64,000 nucleotides of DNA from Dehalococcoidia bacterium (GCA_965261945.1 CBDHEF010000002.1:1999327-2063326), one strand, 5' to 3'; positions 25,318-35,037 are shown, counted from the stretch's first letter. Numbers and translations: made by a program. The notes: generated by a model not told the origin, from the sequence alone.

Positions 25318-27063
25318 CTACCGCGGCACGATGGGCAGCGACACGTGGGACGGGTGGGCCGAGTCGTGCAGGATGGTCTGGACGGCGGGCTTCAACTCGG
25401 TGTCGGCGGCGATGACTCCGCCGGTGTTGGTGTTGCGGTCGAAGCGGGGAAAGTTGCTGCTGGACACTTCCAGCCGGATGCGATGCCCCGCCTTGAACAC
25501 GTTGCTGGTGGCCAACAGGTCGATGGTGTAGCAGTAGGCCCGGCCCGGCTCCAGCAGCGACGGGGTGGACATTGACTCGCGGTAGCGGGCGCGGATGATG
25601 CCGTCGGTCAGGTTGCGGGCGCAGCCGTCCTCGCACACGTCTACCAACTTGGCCGTGAAGTCGGTGTCGGTGACCGAGGTTGCCGCCCACAGAGTTACGG
25701 TGATCGGCCCTGTGACCTCCGTGTCACGCTCCAGCGGCGGCGTGGAATAGACCAGCACGTCGGCGCGGGCCTCGATTTCGTTCTGGTCGAAGGCCCCGTT
25801 GGCGGCGAAGTATGGGTTGCAGCAGAGCTGCCCCCCCCGTGTTGGCGCCGGGTTGGCGGGGTTGTAGAGGAACACGTCGGGCGGTTCGCCGGAGGGCGGA
25901 ACCGGGCTCAGCTCGCCGTCTCCGTGCAGTGTATTGGCGTTTCCGCCGCTGTGCAGATAGTAGTTGGTGTTGTGGGCGCGGGCCAGCGGCCATTCCTGCT
26001 CGTCGCGCCATACGTCGTCGCCCATGACGAATATCTTGACCGGCGGCTCATCCAGTATCCCGGTATCCTCGCCCTTTAGCCATTGCTGGAACCAGCGCAG
26101 GTGTATCTCGTCCAGGCCCAGGGCCAGGGCGTCGGCGGCCACGCCGAAGTAGTGGCTGCCCACCAGGCTGGTGCCCCGGGAGCTGTGCTGCCAGGGACCG
26201 ATGATGAGTTTCTGGCCGCTCCGGGCTTCCTCGGTGGCCCCATTCTTCCGCATTCCCAGGAAGTTGCGGATGGTGCCACGCAGGAAGATGTCGTACCATC
26301 CGCCGATGTTCAGGGCTGGCGTGGCGATGTTGGAGTGCTGGTCTTCGATACACAGCTTCTTCCAGTAATCGTCGAAGCTGGGATGCTCCAGCCAGTCGAA
26401 GTAATAGTCGGCCAGCCCGCCATTGAGATGCGGGAGGTCCTTCAGGGGCAGGTGGCGGAAGGCTTCGGTCATGCCGTCAATGGACTTGACCAGTTCCGCC
26501 TGCCGGGCCTGGGGGATGCTCTTGACGCCGGAATGCGTCTTGAAGTTGGCCAGCGTGAGCTGGAGGAGCGTCCACGACGCGTTGAATCCCAGCTCAAAGG
26601 CGCCGCCCTGGTAGGTCCAGCCGTCGTGGTAGTTGGAGGCGGTGACGTTGGGGGCAATGGCCGTCAGATGGGGCGGCCGCGTGGTGGCGGCCAGCCATTG
26701 GGTGGCGCCAACGTAGGACGCGCCTATCATGCCTACCTTGCCGCTGGACCACGGCTGCGAGGCCGCCCACTCCACGGTGTCGTATCCGTCGTTAATATCG
26801 TCCACAAAGCAGTTGAACTCTCCGCCGGAGGTATAGCGCCCGCGGGTGTCCTGGATAATCAGGGCGAACCCGGCTTTGGCCGCCTTGATGGGGTCGAGCA
26901 TCTGCGACGCCAGCGACGCCGATTTGTCGTAAGGGGTGCGTTGCAGGATGGTGGGGAACGGGCCGGGGCCGTCGGGCCGGTAAACGTCGGCGTAGAGCGT
27001 AGTACCGTCGCGCATGGCGGCGGCCAGGTTGGTTTCCACCTTGACCGAGACCGAATCTGGCAT
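25318..27063 (-). CDS. CocE/NonD family hydrolase (S15 X-Pro dipeptidyl-peptidase-like)
   Basis: PFPTILQRTPYDKSA...GFALIIQDTRGRYTSGGEF...DGYDTVEWAASQPWSSGKVGMIGASYVGATQW. Confidence 0.85.
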   Translation of the reverse strand: MPDSVSVKVETNLAAAMRDGTTLYADVYRPDGPGPFPTILQRTPYDKSASLASQMLDPIKAAKAGFALIIQDTRGRYTSGGEFNCFVDDINDGYDTVEWAASQPWSSGKVGMIGASYVGATQWLAATTRPPHLTAIAPNVTASNYHDGWTYQGGAFELGFNASWTLLQLTLANFKTHSGVKSIPQARQAELVKSIDGMTEAFRHLPLKDLPHLNGGLADYYFDWLEHPSFDDYWKKLCIEDQHSNIATPALNIGGWYDIFLRGTIRNFLGMRKNGATEEARSGQKLIIGPWQHSSRGTSLVGSHYFGVAADALALGLDEIHLRWFQQWLKGEDTGILDEPPVKIFVMGDDVWRDEQEWPLARAHNTNYYLHSGGNANTLHGDGELSPVPPSGEPPDVFLYNPANPAPTRGGQLCCNPYFAANGAFDQNEIEARADVLVYSTPPLERDTEVTGPITVTLWAATSVTDTDFTAKLVDVCEDGCARNLTDGIIRARYRESMSTPSLLEPGRAYCYTIDLLATSNVFKAGHRIRLEVSSSNFPRFDRNTNTGGVIAADTELKPAVQTILHDSAHPSHVSLPIVPR

Positions 27064-27127
27064 GGCTCACCCTCCAGTGTAGTTTTTTTTGGTTAGGGGA
27101 CTGGCAGACCATCTTCCCCGGCGCGCC

Positions 27128-27221
27128 CGTCATCCCCGCGAAGGCGGGAATCCAGAGTGTCAAGCGTATGTCAGACATCTGGACGCCTTATGCGTGGATT
27201 CCCGCTTTCGCGGGGATGGCG
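27128..27221. repeat. Family-B palindromic repeat pair
   Basis: cgtcatccccgcgaaggcgggaatcca ... tggattcccgctttcgcggggatggcg, two inverted units separated by about 40 nt. Confidence 0.6.
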
Positions 27222-27250
27222 CAGGGCTGGAAATGTTCAGAGCTGATGAC

Positions 27251-28201
27251 CTAGCTGAAGTGGGGCATGACCCGCTCGGCGAACAGGTCCATCTGGCGGT
27301 AGAGTCCGTCGGAGTCATCCGAAAGGAACCCCACGTTGACGTGCTCGACTCCGGCCTCGATTTTCGCCTCCATCTCGCGGGCGCAGTCGTCGGGGGTGCC
27401 GGCGACGCAGAGGGCACGGGCGATGTCCTCGGAGCTGCGCTCCGGCGTAACGTATCGCTCGCCCACGTTGCGCACCGCCAGCCCCAGGGCCTCGTCGCCA
27501 TTCAGAGAGATGGACGTGGGCTGGTTCAGGCCCCAGTGGAACCCGCCCAGCTCGCGCCCGGCTTCGGCGGCGAACTGCTGCACCATCTCGTTGCTCCACT
27601 TGATGCGGCGGTTGGTGAAGAGGTACGGATACCAGCCGTCGCCGTGCAGCGCGGCGCGGCGCATCGCCGCTTCGCTCCGGCCCGACACCCAGATGGGCGG
27701 GTGCGGCCGCTGCGCCGGACGGGGCAGCAGGGTAACGTCGTTGAACTCGAAGAACCGGCCCTGGTGGGAAACGTGTTCCTCGGTCCACAGCCGTTTCATC
27801 ACCTCCAGCATCTCGTCGGTGCGCCGCCCGCGGGTGCGGGTGGAGATGCCGAGGGCGTCGAACTCGACATGGGTGCCGCGCTGCCCACTGATGCCGATAC
27901 CGAAGTCCAGCCTCCCGCCGGATACCTGGTCCACGCTGGCGACCAGCTTGGCCAGCATCACCGGGTGGTACAGCGGCACGATGACTATGCCGGTCATCAC
28001 TCGCAGGTTCTGCGTCGCCCCGGCGGCCGCGGCCATGGCGGGCAGGTTCAACACCGTGGGGCGCGGCGGGTTGCCGTCCATGATGTGCTCGCCCATGGTG
28101 ATGCGCCGGAAACCAAGCTCCTCGGCGCGCCGGGCGAAGGTGGGAACATCCCAGTAGTCCTCGACGCTCAGGCTGCACCCGAAAGTGACGCTGGCGCTCA
28201 T
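27251..28201 (-). CDS. LLM-class (luciferase-like, probably F420/FMN-dependent) oxidoreductase
   Basis: MSASVTFGCSLS...FRRITMGEHIMDG...VMTGIVIVPLYHPVMLAKLVASVDQVSGGRLDFGIGISG...HPPIWVSGRSEAAMRRAALHGDGW. AGGAGAG precedes the ATG at 28201. Confidence 0.85.
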   Translation of the reverse strand: MSASVTFGCSLSVEDYWDVPTFARRAEELGFRRITMGEHIMDGNPPRPTVLNLPAMAAAAGATQNLRVMTGIVIVPLYHPVMLAKLVASVDQVSGGRLDFGIGISGQRGTHVEFDALGISTRTRGRRTDEMLEVMKRLWTEEHVSHQGRFFEFNDVTLLPRPAQRPHPPIWVSGRSEAAMRRAALHGDGWYPYLFTNRRIKWSNEMVQQFAAEAGRELGGFHWGLNQPTSISLNGDEALGLAVRNVGERYVTPERSSEDIARALCVAGTPDDCAREMEAKIEAGVEHVNVGFLSDDSDGLYRQMDLFAERVMPHFS

Positions 28202-28318
28202 GCCGACTCTCCTATGCCGTCCTATGCCGGCGAATGACGCCCCAATTCTACCAGCCGCCCGCCGTTCCTGCTTGTAAGGCAAAGGCTTGTAAGGCAAAAG
28301 CCCGTGTGAGTACAGGAT

Positions 28319-28450
28319 GATTGCAAAGTCTATGCCGCACGGGAATTGTCTGAATCAGGATTATCAAGATTAAAGGATGCTCAGGATTGGGGAATATCCT
28401 GAAAATCTCAAAATCCGGCAAATCCTGATTCAGACAATTACTTTGCAATC
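28319..28450. repeat. Family-C long imperfect hairpin (19-bp and 11-bp inverted arms)
   Basis: aattgtctgaatcaggatt (28344-28362) is perfectly complementary to aatcctgattcagacaatt (28421-28439). The outer arms are gattgcaaagt (28319-29) and actttgcaatc (28440-50). Confidence 0.65.
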
Positions 28451-28548
28451 GTCCTGCGCTTGCGTATGCTAACCTTGCCATGGGTAGCCGCAGATGGATG
28501 CCGGGTGATGCAGTGATGAGTGTCGAGAGCGACGGTAAGGCAACTTCC

Positions 28549-29394
28549 ATGAAGGACAGGACTTGTCTGATTACCGGCGCCAGCGACGGCATCGGCTACG
28601 TCGCCGCCCGCGAGCTGGCCCGCATGGGTGCGCGGGTGGTCATCGTGGGCCGCAACGCCATTAAGACCAACGACGCCGTGGAGCGCATCATCGACGAGAC
28701 CGGCAACGACGCCGTGCGTTGCCTGATGGCCGACCTGTCATCGCAGCGCGATGTGCGCCGCCTGGCCTCCGACGTGCAGAGACAGTTGCCGCGGCTGGAC
28801 GTGCTGCTGAACAACGCCGGGGCCATCTTCCTGTCCACCCAACGCAGCGCCGACGGCATCGAAATGACCTTTGCCCTGAACCACCTGGGCTACTTTCTGC
28901 TGACCGGCCTGCTGCTGGACCGGCTCCAGGCGTCGGCCCCGGCCCGGATTATCAACGTGTCGTCCAGCTCCCACGGCTCGCCGGGAAAGTTCCGGCTGGA
29001 AGACCTGCCCAAACCCGTTGGCAACCGGGGCTATCGCGCCTATGGACGCTCCAAGCTCTGCAACATCCTGTTCACCTACGAGTTGGCGCGCCGGCTGGAA
29101 GATACGGGGGTGACCGTAAACGCTCTGCATCCCGGCCTGGTGCGCACCAACATCGCGCGGAACAACGGCCTCGTGGGCCGAGTGGTCAACGCCTTCATCG
29201 GCGCTCGCGGCGTGGACTCCGCGCGGGGGGCGGAGACGTTGGTGTACCTTGCCTCGTCGCCCGACGTGGAAGATGTGACCGGCAGGTATTTCGTGGACTG
29301 CCGGGCTGTGCCATCGTCCGCCCTCAGTTATGATGCGGAGCTGGCCGCCGACCTGTGGGATATGAGCGCAAGGCTGACCGGACCCGGGCGATAG
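28549..29394 (+). CDS. SDR family oxidoreductase (retinol-dehydrogenase-like)
   Basis: MKDRTCLITGASDGIGYVAARELARMGARVVIVGRN...LLNNAG...YGRSKLCNILFTYELARRL. The start is ambiguous (28516 or 28549). Confidence 0.8.
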   Translation: MKDRTCLITGASDGIGYVAARELARMGARVVIVGRNAIKTNDAVERIIDETGNDAVRCLMADLSSQRDVRRLASDVQRQLPRLDVLLNNAGAIFLSTQRSADGIEMTFALNHLGYFLLTGLLLDRLQASAPARIINVSSSSHGSPGKFRLEDLPKPVGNRGYRAYGRSKLCNILFTYELARRLEDTGVTVNALHPGLVRTNIARNNGLVGRVVNAFIGARGVDSARGAETLVYLASSPDVEDVTGRYFVDCRAVPSSALSYDAELAADLWDMSARLTGPGR

Positions 29395-29472
29395 CGTTTG
29401 CCCGCAAAACCCTGCGCGGTGTGATATTCTCACCCGGACGCAGGAATTTCCCGCAGCGGAGACCGGAGGGGG

Positions 29473-29916
29473 ATGTTGGAAACGGGAGAAACGACACGGA
29501 AACTCCTGGCCGCCAAGAGGGCCAGTGGACTCAGCTTCGCCGAGTTGGGAGAGGCTATCGGGCGCGATGAGGTGTGGGTAGCGGCTCTGGTCTATCGCCA
29601 AGCCAGCGCAGAACGGGATGAAGCCGTCAAGCTGACCGCCACGCTGGGACTCGACTGCGATATTGCCGGGGAGCTCACAGAGCCTCCCCTGAAAGGTCTC
29701 GGTCCCGTTGTTCCCACGGACCCCCTTATTTACAGGTTCTACGAGATAATGCAGGTATATGGTATGCCGTTGAAGGAGATAATCCACGAAAAGTTCGGCG
29801 ACGGCATAATGAGCGCCATAGACTTCACGCTGAATGTGGAAAAAGAAGATGACCCTTACGGCGACCGGGTAAAAGTCACTATGTCCGGGAAATTCCTGCC
29901 TTACAGGAGATGGTAA
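29473..29916 (+). CDS. cynS: Cyanase (cyanate hydratase)
   Basis: The 147-aa product carries [24 protein letters not shown]...[45 protein letters not shown]...[13 protein letters not shown], which is colinear with E. coli CynS (PTDPTMYRFYEMLQVYG...[14 protein letters not shown]). Confidence 0.9.
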   Translation: MLETGETTRKLLAAKRASGLSFAELGEAIGRDEVWVAALVYRQASAERDEAVKLTATLGLDCDIAGELTEPPLKGLGPVVPTDPLIYRFYEIMQVYGMPLKEIIHEKFGDGIMSAIDFTLNVEKEDDPYGDRVKVTMSGKFLPYRRW

Positions 29917-29993
29917 CGGTAACCGCCTTTTTTACAGTCAGCCGTGGCTGACTCTGGCGCTCAGTCCGCCCCAAAATCGCAGGAGATTTGCTA

Positions 29994-30887
29994 ATGAAGC
30001 AAGCGGTCGAGTTCTACAGCGAGGGATTCAAGCTCCAGGGAGACGTATACACGCCCGACGACCTGGCCCCCGGCGAACAGCGGGCCGCGGTGTTGCTGTG
30101 CCACGGCTACACCGGCGTCAAGGACCTGTACCTCCCCGACAATGCCCGGGTGCTGAACGAAGCGGGCTACGTGGCGATGGCCTTCGACTACAAGGGCTGG
30201 GGCCAGAGCGAGGGCGTCTCGCCGCTGCGGCTGGCGCCCCACAGCCGCGTCTCCGATGTGCAGGCCGCCATGACCTTCCTCGGCGAGCAGCCCGAGGTTG
30301 ACGAGGAACGCATCGGCATCTACGGCACCAGCTACGGCGGCGCCACCGTCTGCTGGACCGCCGCCGTCGACCAGAGGGCCAAGTGCGTGGTCAGCGTCGT
30401 CGGCATCGGCCACGGCGCCCGCTGGATGAGCCGCGTCCGCCGCATGGACGAGTGGTTCGACCTGCTCGACCGCTCCAAGGCCGACCGCATCCAGCGCGCC
30501 ATGACCGGCAAATCCGATATGGTCGAGCGCGGCGAAATCCTGCTCCCCGACCGTCAGTCGGCCGCTCTGGCCGCGGCGCAGCGGGCCAACAACCCCAACG
30601 CCGTTATGACCATACCCGTCGAGTACGTCGACGATACCCTGGGGTTCAACCCGGAGTGGGTGGTGGGCCACATCTCGCCGCGCCCGGCGCTGTTCATCAC
30701 CAGCGACCAGGACCGCCTGGTGCCGCCGGAGGAATCGGAGCAGCTATACGCCCACGCCGGCGAGCCGAAGAAGCTGGTGACGCTGAAGGGCGTCGGCCAC
30801 TACGAGGTCTACGAGGAGCCGGCCTTCAGCCAAGTTATGAAGCACACCATGGACTGGTATCAGCAGCACTTGCCCGCCAGGCGTTAA
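29994..30887 (+). CDS. Alpha/beta hydrolase (dienelactone-hydrolase-like)
   Basis: AAVLLCHGYTGVKDLYLPDNARVLNEAGYVAMAFDYKGWGQSEG...IGIYGTSYGGA...GVGHYEVY. AGGAGA precedes the ATG at 29994. Confidence 0.8.
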   Translation: MKQAVEFYSEGFKLQGDVYTPDDLAPGEQRAAVLLCHGYTGVKDLYLPDNARVLNEAGYVAMAFDYKGWGQSEGVSPLRLAPHSRVSDVQAAMTFLGEQPEVDEERIGIYGTSYGGATVCWTAAVDQRAKCVVSVVGIGHGARWMSRVRRMDEWFDLLDRSKADRIQRAMTGKSDMVERGEILLPDRQSAALAAAQRANNPNAVMTIPVEYVDDTLGFNPEWVVGHISPRPALFITSDQDRLVPPEESEQLYAHAGEPKKLVTLKGVGHYEVYEEPAFSQVMKHTMDWYQQHLPARR

Positions 30888-30903
30888 ACTGGGATTGTCT
30901 GAA

Positions 30904-31938
30904 TCACCCAGCCCCAACCACACGCACCCGATGGTTGTTGCTGTCGGCGATGTATATGTTGCCGAGTGCGTCCACATCGGCCCCGTGGGGGCGGTCCATG
31001 GCTGACTCATCGGCAGGGCCGCCGTCACCGTCGCCGCCCAAGCGTCCGCCGGCGACGGTGGTGACTATGCCAGTGTCGGCGTCGATGCGCCGGATGGCGT
31101 GATTTTCGGTATCCACCACCAGCAGGTTGCCGGCGTGGTCGCAGCGGATGGCCTTGGGGCCGCCCCAGGTGGCCTCCAGCGCCGGGCCGCCGTCGCCGGT
31201 GTAGCCGAACTCTCCCGTCCCGGCCAGCGTGTGCATCACGCCGTGGGCGTCCACCTTGCGGATGCCGTTGCCCTCGCGCTCTGCGATGTACGTGTTGCCC
31301 GCGCCGTCCATGCAGACGGCCCGAGCGCCTAGGATACTGGCTTCCAGCGCCAGGCGTCCGTCGCCGCCGCGCTCCTTCTCGCCGTTGCCTGCAAAGGTGG
31401 CGATGACGCCCGACGCCAAGTCCAGGCGGCGGATGCGCTGGTCCTGCACGTCGGCAATCAGCAGCCCGCCGCGCCCGTCGAGGAAGCAGTCGTTGGGTTC
31501 GCGGAGTTGTGCCCGCGTGGCCGGCCCGCCGTCGCCGCCATAGCCGGATTCGCCGGTCCCTGCAACGGCGCTGATGATGCCGGTCACCGCTTCAATCTTG
31601 CGGATGACGAAATTGAGCCGGTCAACGACGTAAATATCTCCGTTAGTGTCCACCTGCAACGAATAGGGCTGGTTGAATGTAGCCGCAGTAGCCGGCCCGC
31701 CGTCGCCGGAGTACCCCTCGGCCCCGGTTCCGGCTATGGTCACGATTACCCCGGAGTCCCGGTATACACGCCGGATACAGTGATTCATGGCCTCGGCGAT
31801 ATACAGATTGCCAGCCCCGTCGAACGCGCACATGAACGGCTCGCTCAGCAGCGCCACTGTCGCCAGTCCGCCGTCGCCCGAATACCCCCGCTCGCCAGTG
31901 CCAGCAACGGTGGTGATGATGCCGGGTTGGTAGGTCAT
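30904..31938 (-). CDS. NHL-repeat six-bladed beta-propeller protein
   Basis: Six repeats of the type TVAGTGERGYSGDGGLATVALLSEPFMCAFDGAGNLYIAEAMNHCIRRV. GAGGAG precedes the ATG at 31938. Confidence 0.8.
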   Translation of the reverse strand: MTYQPGIITTVAGTGERGYSGDGGLATVALLSEPFMCAFDGAGNLYIAEAMNHCIRRVYRDSGVIVTIAGTGAEGYSGDGGPATAATFNQPYSLQVDTNGDIYVVDRLNFVIRKIEAVTGIISAVAGTGESGYGGDGGPATRAQLREPNDCFLDGRGGLLIADVQDQRIRRLDLASGVIATFAGNGEKERGGDGRLALEASILGARAVCMDGAGNTYIAEREGNGIRKVDAHGVMHTLAGTGEFGYTGDGGPALEATWGGPKAIRCDHAGNLLVVDTENHAIRRIDADTGIVTTVAGGRLGGDGDGGPADESAMDRPHGADVDALGNIYIADSNNHRVRVVGAG

Positions 31939-32009
31939 GGTGGTTGCTCCTCTTTTAGGGTCTGCGGACATTATATGTCAAAATATCGGGATCCCAGAGT
32001 TGAAAATTT

Positions 32010-32039
32010 ACAAGGCGGGAGAGGTCTCTCCCGCCTTGT
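32010..32039. terminator. Perfect 13-bp hairpin
   Basis: acaaggcgggaga-ggtc-tctcccgccttgt lies upstream of the NHL gene start and ahead of the 32323 gene promoter. Confidence 0.5.
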
Positions 32040-32245
32040 CCTTGCCCTGCCCCGTTCCTAGTCGGCCTCGGCTGAATTATCGCCGGCGCCGTGAACTGCG
32101 GATACGGGCAGTGAATGCTTGTACTTGGGCGGTCGTACTGGCCATAGCCCTAATCGTCCTGCTGGCCGTGTGCACTACCGAGTCACCGCTGAGGGTCCCG
32201 TTTTTAGGCGCCAGCGCAAACAATTGTGTGATTGTATTCACAATA

Positions 32246-32274
32246 TTGACAATAAGTATTTGTTACCGTAATAC
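32246..32274 (+). promoter_or_regulatory. Sigma70-like promoter TTGACA-17 nt-TAATAC, with an adjacent attgtg-N10-cacaat palindrome
   Basis: TTGACA at 32246-32251 and TAATAC at 32269-32274 have exactly 17-nt spacing, 49 nt upstream of the ATG at 32323. The palindrome attgtgtgattgtattcacaat (32223-32244) abuts the -35 element. Confidence 0.45.
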
Positions 32275-32322
32275 TGTCCTCAAGTCCTCCGGGACTAATC
32301 TGACCGGACGAGGAGGCAGGCC

Positions 32323-32904
32323 ATGAAAACGAAACTCATCTTCTTGGTGGCAGTGGCGATTGTGGCCTCACTTCTCCTCTCGGGCATCGCGTTCGCCGGC
32401 GGCTTTGGGTCAGGGTCAGGAGAAACTCCGCCTGCCAGCTCGAACAGCGTCCGAATCACCGTAGGGGATGGGACACCCATGACGAACGTGGCCGAGGGCG
32501 ACGTGCTCCACGATGGAGAAGAAAGGGGCGCCAGCGGTGATAGCGGCGACGGGGAAGACACCGGATGCAACGTGCCAGATGTCACAATCAGGGCGTCCGG
32601 GGACGTAAGGAAGGTTCGCGTCGGGCTGAAGGAAGGCACCTGCGACCTCATAGTCAAGGACATTACGATGAACGACACCGTACTCACGCCGCCCGAGGGC
32701 GGAGGCCCTCCGAGCAGCGCATTCTCCACCGGCTTCAACACTCAGGCTGGTTGGGAGTGGTATGTCGAGTCCCTCGCAAAGGTGGTTGGCATCAATTCCA
32801 TCGACGATTTGACCAAGACCTACGCCAAGTTCAATTTCAAGATGGCGAATTATATATTCCTCAGTGCGCTACCCACATACGTTTCAGAAGCGACCAAGCA
32901 ATAG
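32323..32904 (+). CDS. Secreted hypothetical protein (signal peptide)
   Basis: GAGGAGG RBS. MKTKLIFLVAVAIVASLLLSGIAFAGG, then a Gly/Ser/Asp-rich linker. No family recognised. Lower GC. Confidence 0.6.
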   Translation: MKTKLIFLVAVAIVASLLLSGIAFAGGFGSGSGETPPASSNSVRITVGDGTPMTNVAEGDVLHDGEERGASGDSGDGEDTGCNVPDVTIRASGDVRKVRVGLKEGTCDLIVKDITMNDTVLTPPEGGGPPSSAFSTGFNTQAGWEWYVESLAKVVGINSIDDLTKTYAKFNFKMANYIFLSALPTYVSEATKQ

Positions 32905-32911
32905 CAGCACT

Positions 32912-33640
32912 TTAGTCGAGGTCCACGCAGTCCAAGACCTCAGCTTCGTTGCCGCCTATCCACAGGCATAACTTCAGTCCTGGATGAGTAGCGACGGCAG
33001 GGGCAACTTGGGCGACTACAGTAAGAGTTCTATCCTGATATTCGTAGGTATCAGCAATCCACTGATTAGGGCTGGGATTCCAAGACCATCCCGGTTCGCT
33101 TGGCGGAAGTATCGTACCATAGAGCGAAGACCCGACGCTGAAGACTACGTTGGCCGCCCCACCATTCTGCCCGGGAATGATCAATCCATACCCCTCGTCA
33201 ATTGTGGCGATGAAGGAAAATCGGCCAACCCCAGAGACTTGGGGTTTCTGAACCCAGTCAACCAGACTGAAAACAGGCTCGTAATCCAGTTGGCAGTTCT
33301 CACATTCCTTTTCTTCCAGGCGTCCCGGTGTTGCGATGGGTGTTGGCGTGAGTGTCGGGCGTGGTGTAGAGGTAGGTGCCGGTTCTGGTTCGGGTGTGGA
33401 GGCAGCCGTGGGCGCGGAAGCAGGCGTTGCCGTGGGCATGACTGCCACGGTAGCAACTGGGTTAGTTGAATTTGTCGGAATGGGAGCAGACGCTGGAGTA
33501 GATGTCGCCATTGTTCCCGGCGAACAAGCAATCTGCTGGGCCGTTGCAAGCAAGAATATCGTCAGCCAACAAATAGCCCGTAGATTGGCTGTGGAATGGA
33601 CGCGAACAACCAGAGTTGTTAATTTCAATCCGTTCATCAT
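32912..33640 (-). CDS. Putative lipoprotein with a Pro/Thr/Ala-rich linker (hypothetical)
   Basis: ...ICWLTIFLLATAQQIACSPG (a hydrophobic region ending in Cys), then a TSTPASAPIPTNSTNPVATVAVMPTATPASAPTAASTPEPEPAPTSTPRPTLTPTPIATP linker and a globular C-domain. Confidence 0.55.
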   Translation of the reverse strand: MMNGLKLTTLVVRVHSTANLRAICWLTIFLLATAQQIACSPGTMATSTPASAPIPTNSTNPVATVAVMPTATPASAPTAASTPEPEPAPTSTPRPTLTPTPIATPGRLEEKECENCQLDYEPVFSLVDWVQKPQVSGVGRFSFIATIDEGYGLIIPGQNGGAANVVFSVGSSLYGTILPPSEPGWSWNPSPNQWIADTYEYQDRTLTVVAQVAPAVATHPGLKLCLWIGGNEAEVLDCVDLD

Positions 33641-33650
33641 TTCTCAGGAG

Positions 33651-34094
33651 CTAACTCCCCCGAGTCAGCCGCCGCCAGCGGTTGCGCTGGTCGCGGGTTT
33701 CGGGGGTGAAGGTTGGCGGCGTCGTTTCGGCGCGGATGCGCTCCAGCTCCGGCAGCAACGACTTGACTATATCCAGGTAAGCCTCGATAACATCCATAGG
33801 CAGAGAGTTTTCGTAAGAGTTGACGTATAGAACTAGAGCGGGACCGAAGCGAATAATAATTTCGGGCTTGCCCCGCTCATCGGACACTTGCTGAACGACG
33901 TCCACCATCAGGCCGTGGCTATTATAGTTCCATCCCCGTTGTGTAGCGATTGCCTTCACGGATTCAGCCGCGGCTTCCCAGCCTTTTCTCGATGCCTTGC
34001 GCTTTTTTCTTCGCGTCAGGCACTCATCGGCTTGGCGTATACACAACCGGCTCCGTTCCGAGTGTTCGGCTGATTCCGCGCCGTTTGATTCCAT
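33651..34094 (-). CDS. Hypothetical helical protein, possibly PaREP1/HEPN-like
   Basis: SRKGWEAAAESVKAIATQRGWNYNSHGLMVDVVQQVSDERGKPEIIIRFGPALVLYVNSYENSLPMDVIEAYLDIVKSLLPELERI resembles the PaREP1 pattern (W.A....VKA.A...GW...SH..L) from memory only. The start is uncertain (34094 or 34142). Confidence 0.35.
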   Translation of the reverse strand: MESNGAESAEHSERSRLCIRQADECLTRRKKRKASRKGWEAAAESVKAIATQRGWNYNSHGLMVDVVQQVSDERGKPEIIIRFGPALVLYVNSYENSLPMDVIEAYLDIVKSLLPELERIRAETTPPTFTPETRDQRNRWRRLTRGS

Positions 34095-34119
34095 ACTTAC
34101 GGTTCCCTTGTGTTGCCTG

Positions 34120-34995
34120 CTACTGCGCGTTGCCAGTCTCACTATTGTACCAGTCCAGTATCTCGCTGCCGGTCATGAAGACCACGCCCTCGAAGCGGCT
34201 GATGTACTCGAAGATGGCGTCGTAATACTTGATGCGGTGGGCCGCGCCGGTGATGTATGGGTGGGTGGAAATGCACATCACTCGGGCGCTGTCGGCTCCC
34301 TCGCGGTACAGCGTGTCGAAGTGGTCCTTGGCCCGCTCGAACAGCTCCGGCGAGCGGTGGTTCTGAATCAGGTAGATGGGGATGTCGTTCAGCTCGACGG
34401 TGTATGGCAGGGCGACCATGCGGCCTGACTTGACGATCATCTCGTAGGGCTGGTCGTCGTTGCACCAGTCGGCGATGTACTCTATGCCCTCCTCGGCCAG
34501 CACGTCGGGGGTGTCGAAGGTCTCGGCCAGGCCGGGGCCCATCCAGCCTCTGGGAGCCGTGCCGGTGGCCTCGGCGATGGTGTCGATGGCGCGGCGGATG
34601 ACGGCCCGCTCGTCCGGCTCGCGGTTGATTACCCGCTGGATGAAGCCGTGGGCCAGCATCTCCCATCCCGACTTCATGCACTCCTCCACCAGCATGGGGT
34701 AGCTTAGGCAGACCGAAGCGTTGAGGCTGACCGTGGCCCGGATGCCGTACTTATCCAGCACCTGCTTGAACCGCCAGAACCCGACGCGCAGGCCGTAGTC
34801 GAACCAGCCGAAGTTGGGGATGTCGGGGATGGTCGTGACGCCCTGCGGCGTCGGCAGCACGGTGCGGGCCATCGGCTCGTTGATGTCCCACTCCTCCACG
34901 TTGATGACCGGCCAGATGGCGACGCGGGCGTTGTTCGGCAACTTCAGCGGCGGACGGTGGAAGATGGGCGAGAACTCGGCGCGGGGATTGGCCAT
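34120..34995 (-). CDS. Polysaccharide deacetylase family protein (PuuE/allantoinase-like)
   Basis: VAIWPVINVEEWDINEPMARTVLPTPQG...DIPNFGWFDYGLRVGFWRFKQVLDKYGIRATVSLNA...WEMLAHGF...RGWMGPGLAETFDTPDVLAEEGIEYIADW. Confidence 0.85.
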   Translation of the reverse strand: MANPRAEFSPIFHRPPLKLPNNARVAIWPVINVEEWDINEPMARTVLPTPQGVTTIPDIPNFGWFDYGLRVGFWRFKQVLDKYGIRATVSLNASVCLSYPMLVEECMKSGWEMLAHGFIQRVINREPDERAVIRRAIDTIAEATGTAPRGWMGPGLAETFDTPDVLAEEGIEYIADWCNDDQPYEMIVKSGRMVALPYTVELNDIPIYLIQNHRSPELFERAKDHFDTLYREGADSARVMCISTHPYITGAAHRIKYYDAIFEYISRFEGVVFMTGSEILDWYNSETGNAQ

Positions 34996-35037
34996 GACTG
35001 CCTCCTGCGGCTGGACTGAAAGGTAAGTTGCCCTGGA

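Noticed and set aside
27089-28237. 382-aa + strand ORF and overlapping alternative-frame ORFs across 27.1-28.2 kb
   Set aside because: Opposite strand or frame of a well-supported LLM oxidoreductase. The 5' part is made of family-B repeat sequence.
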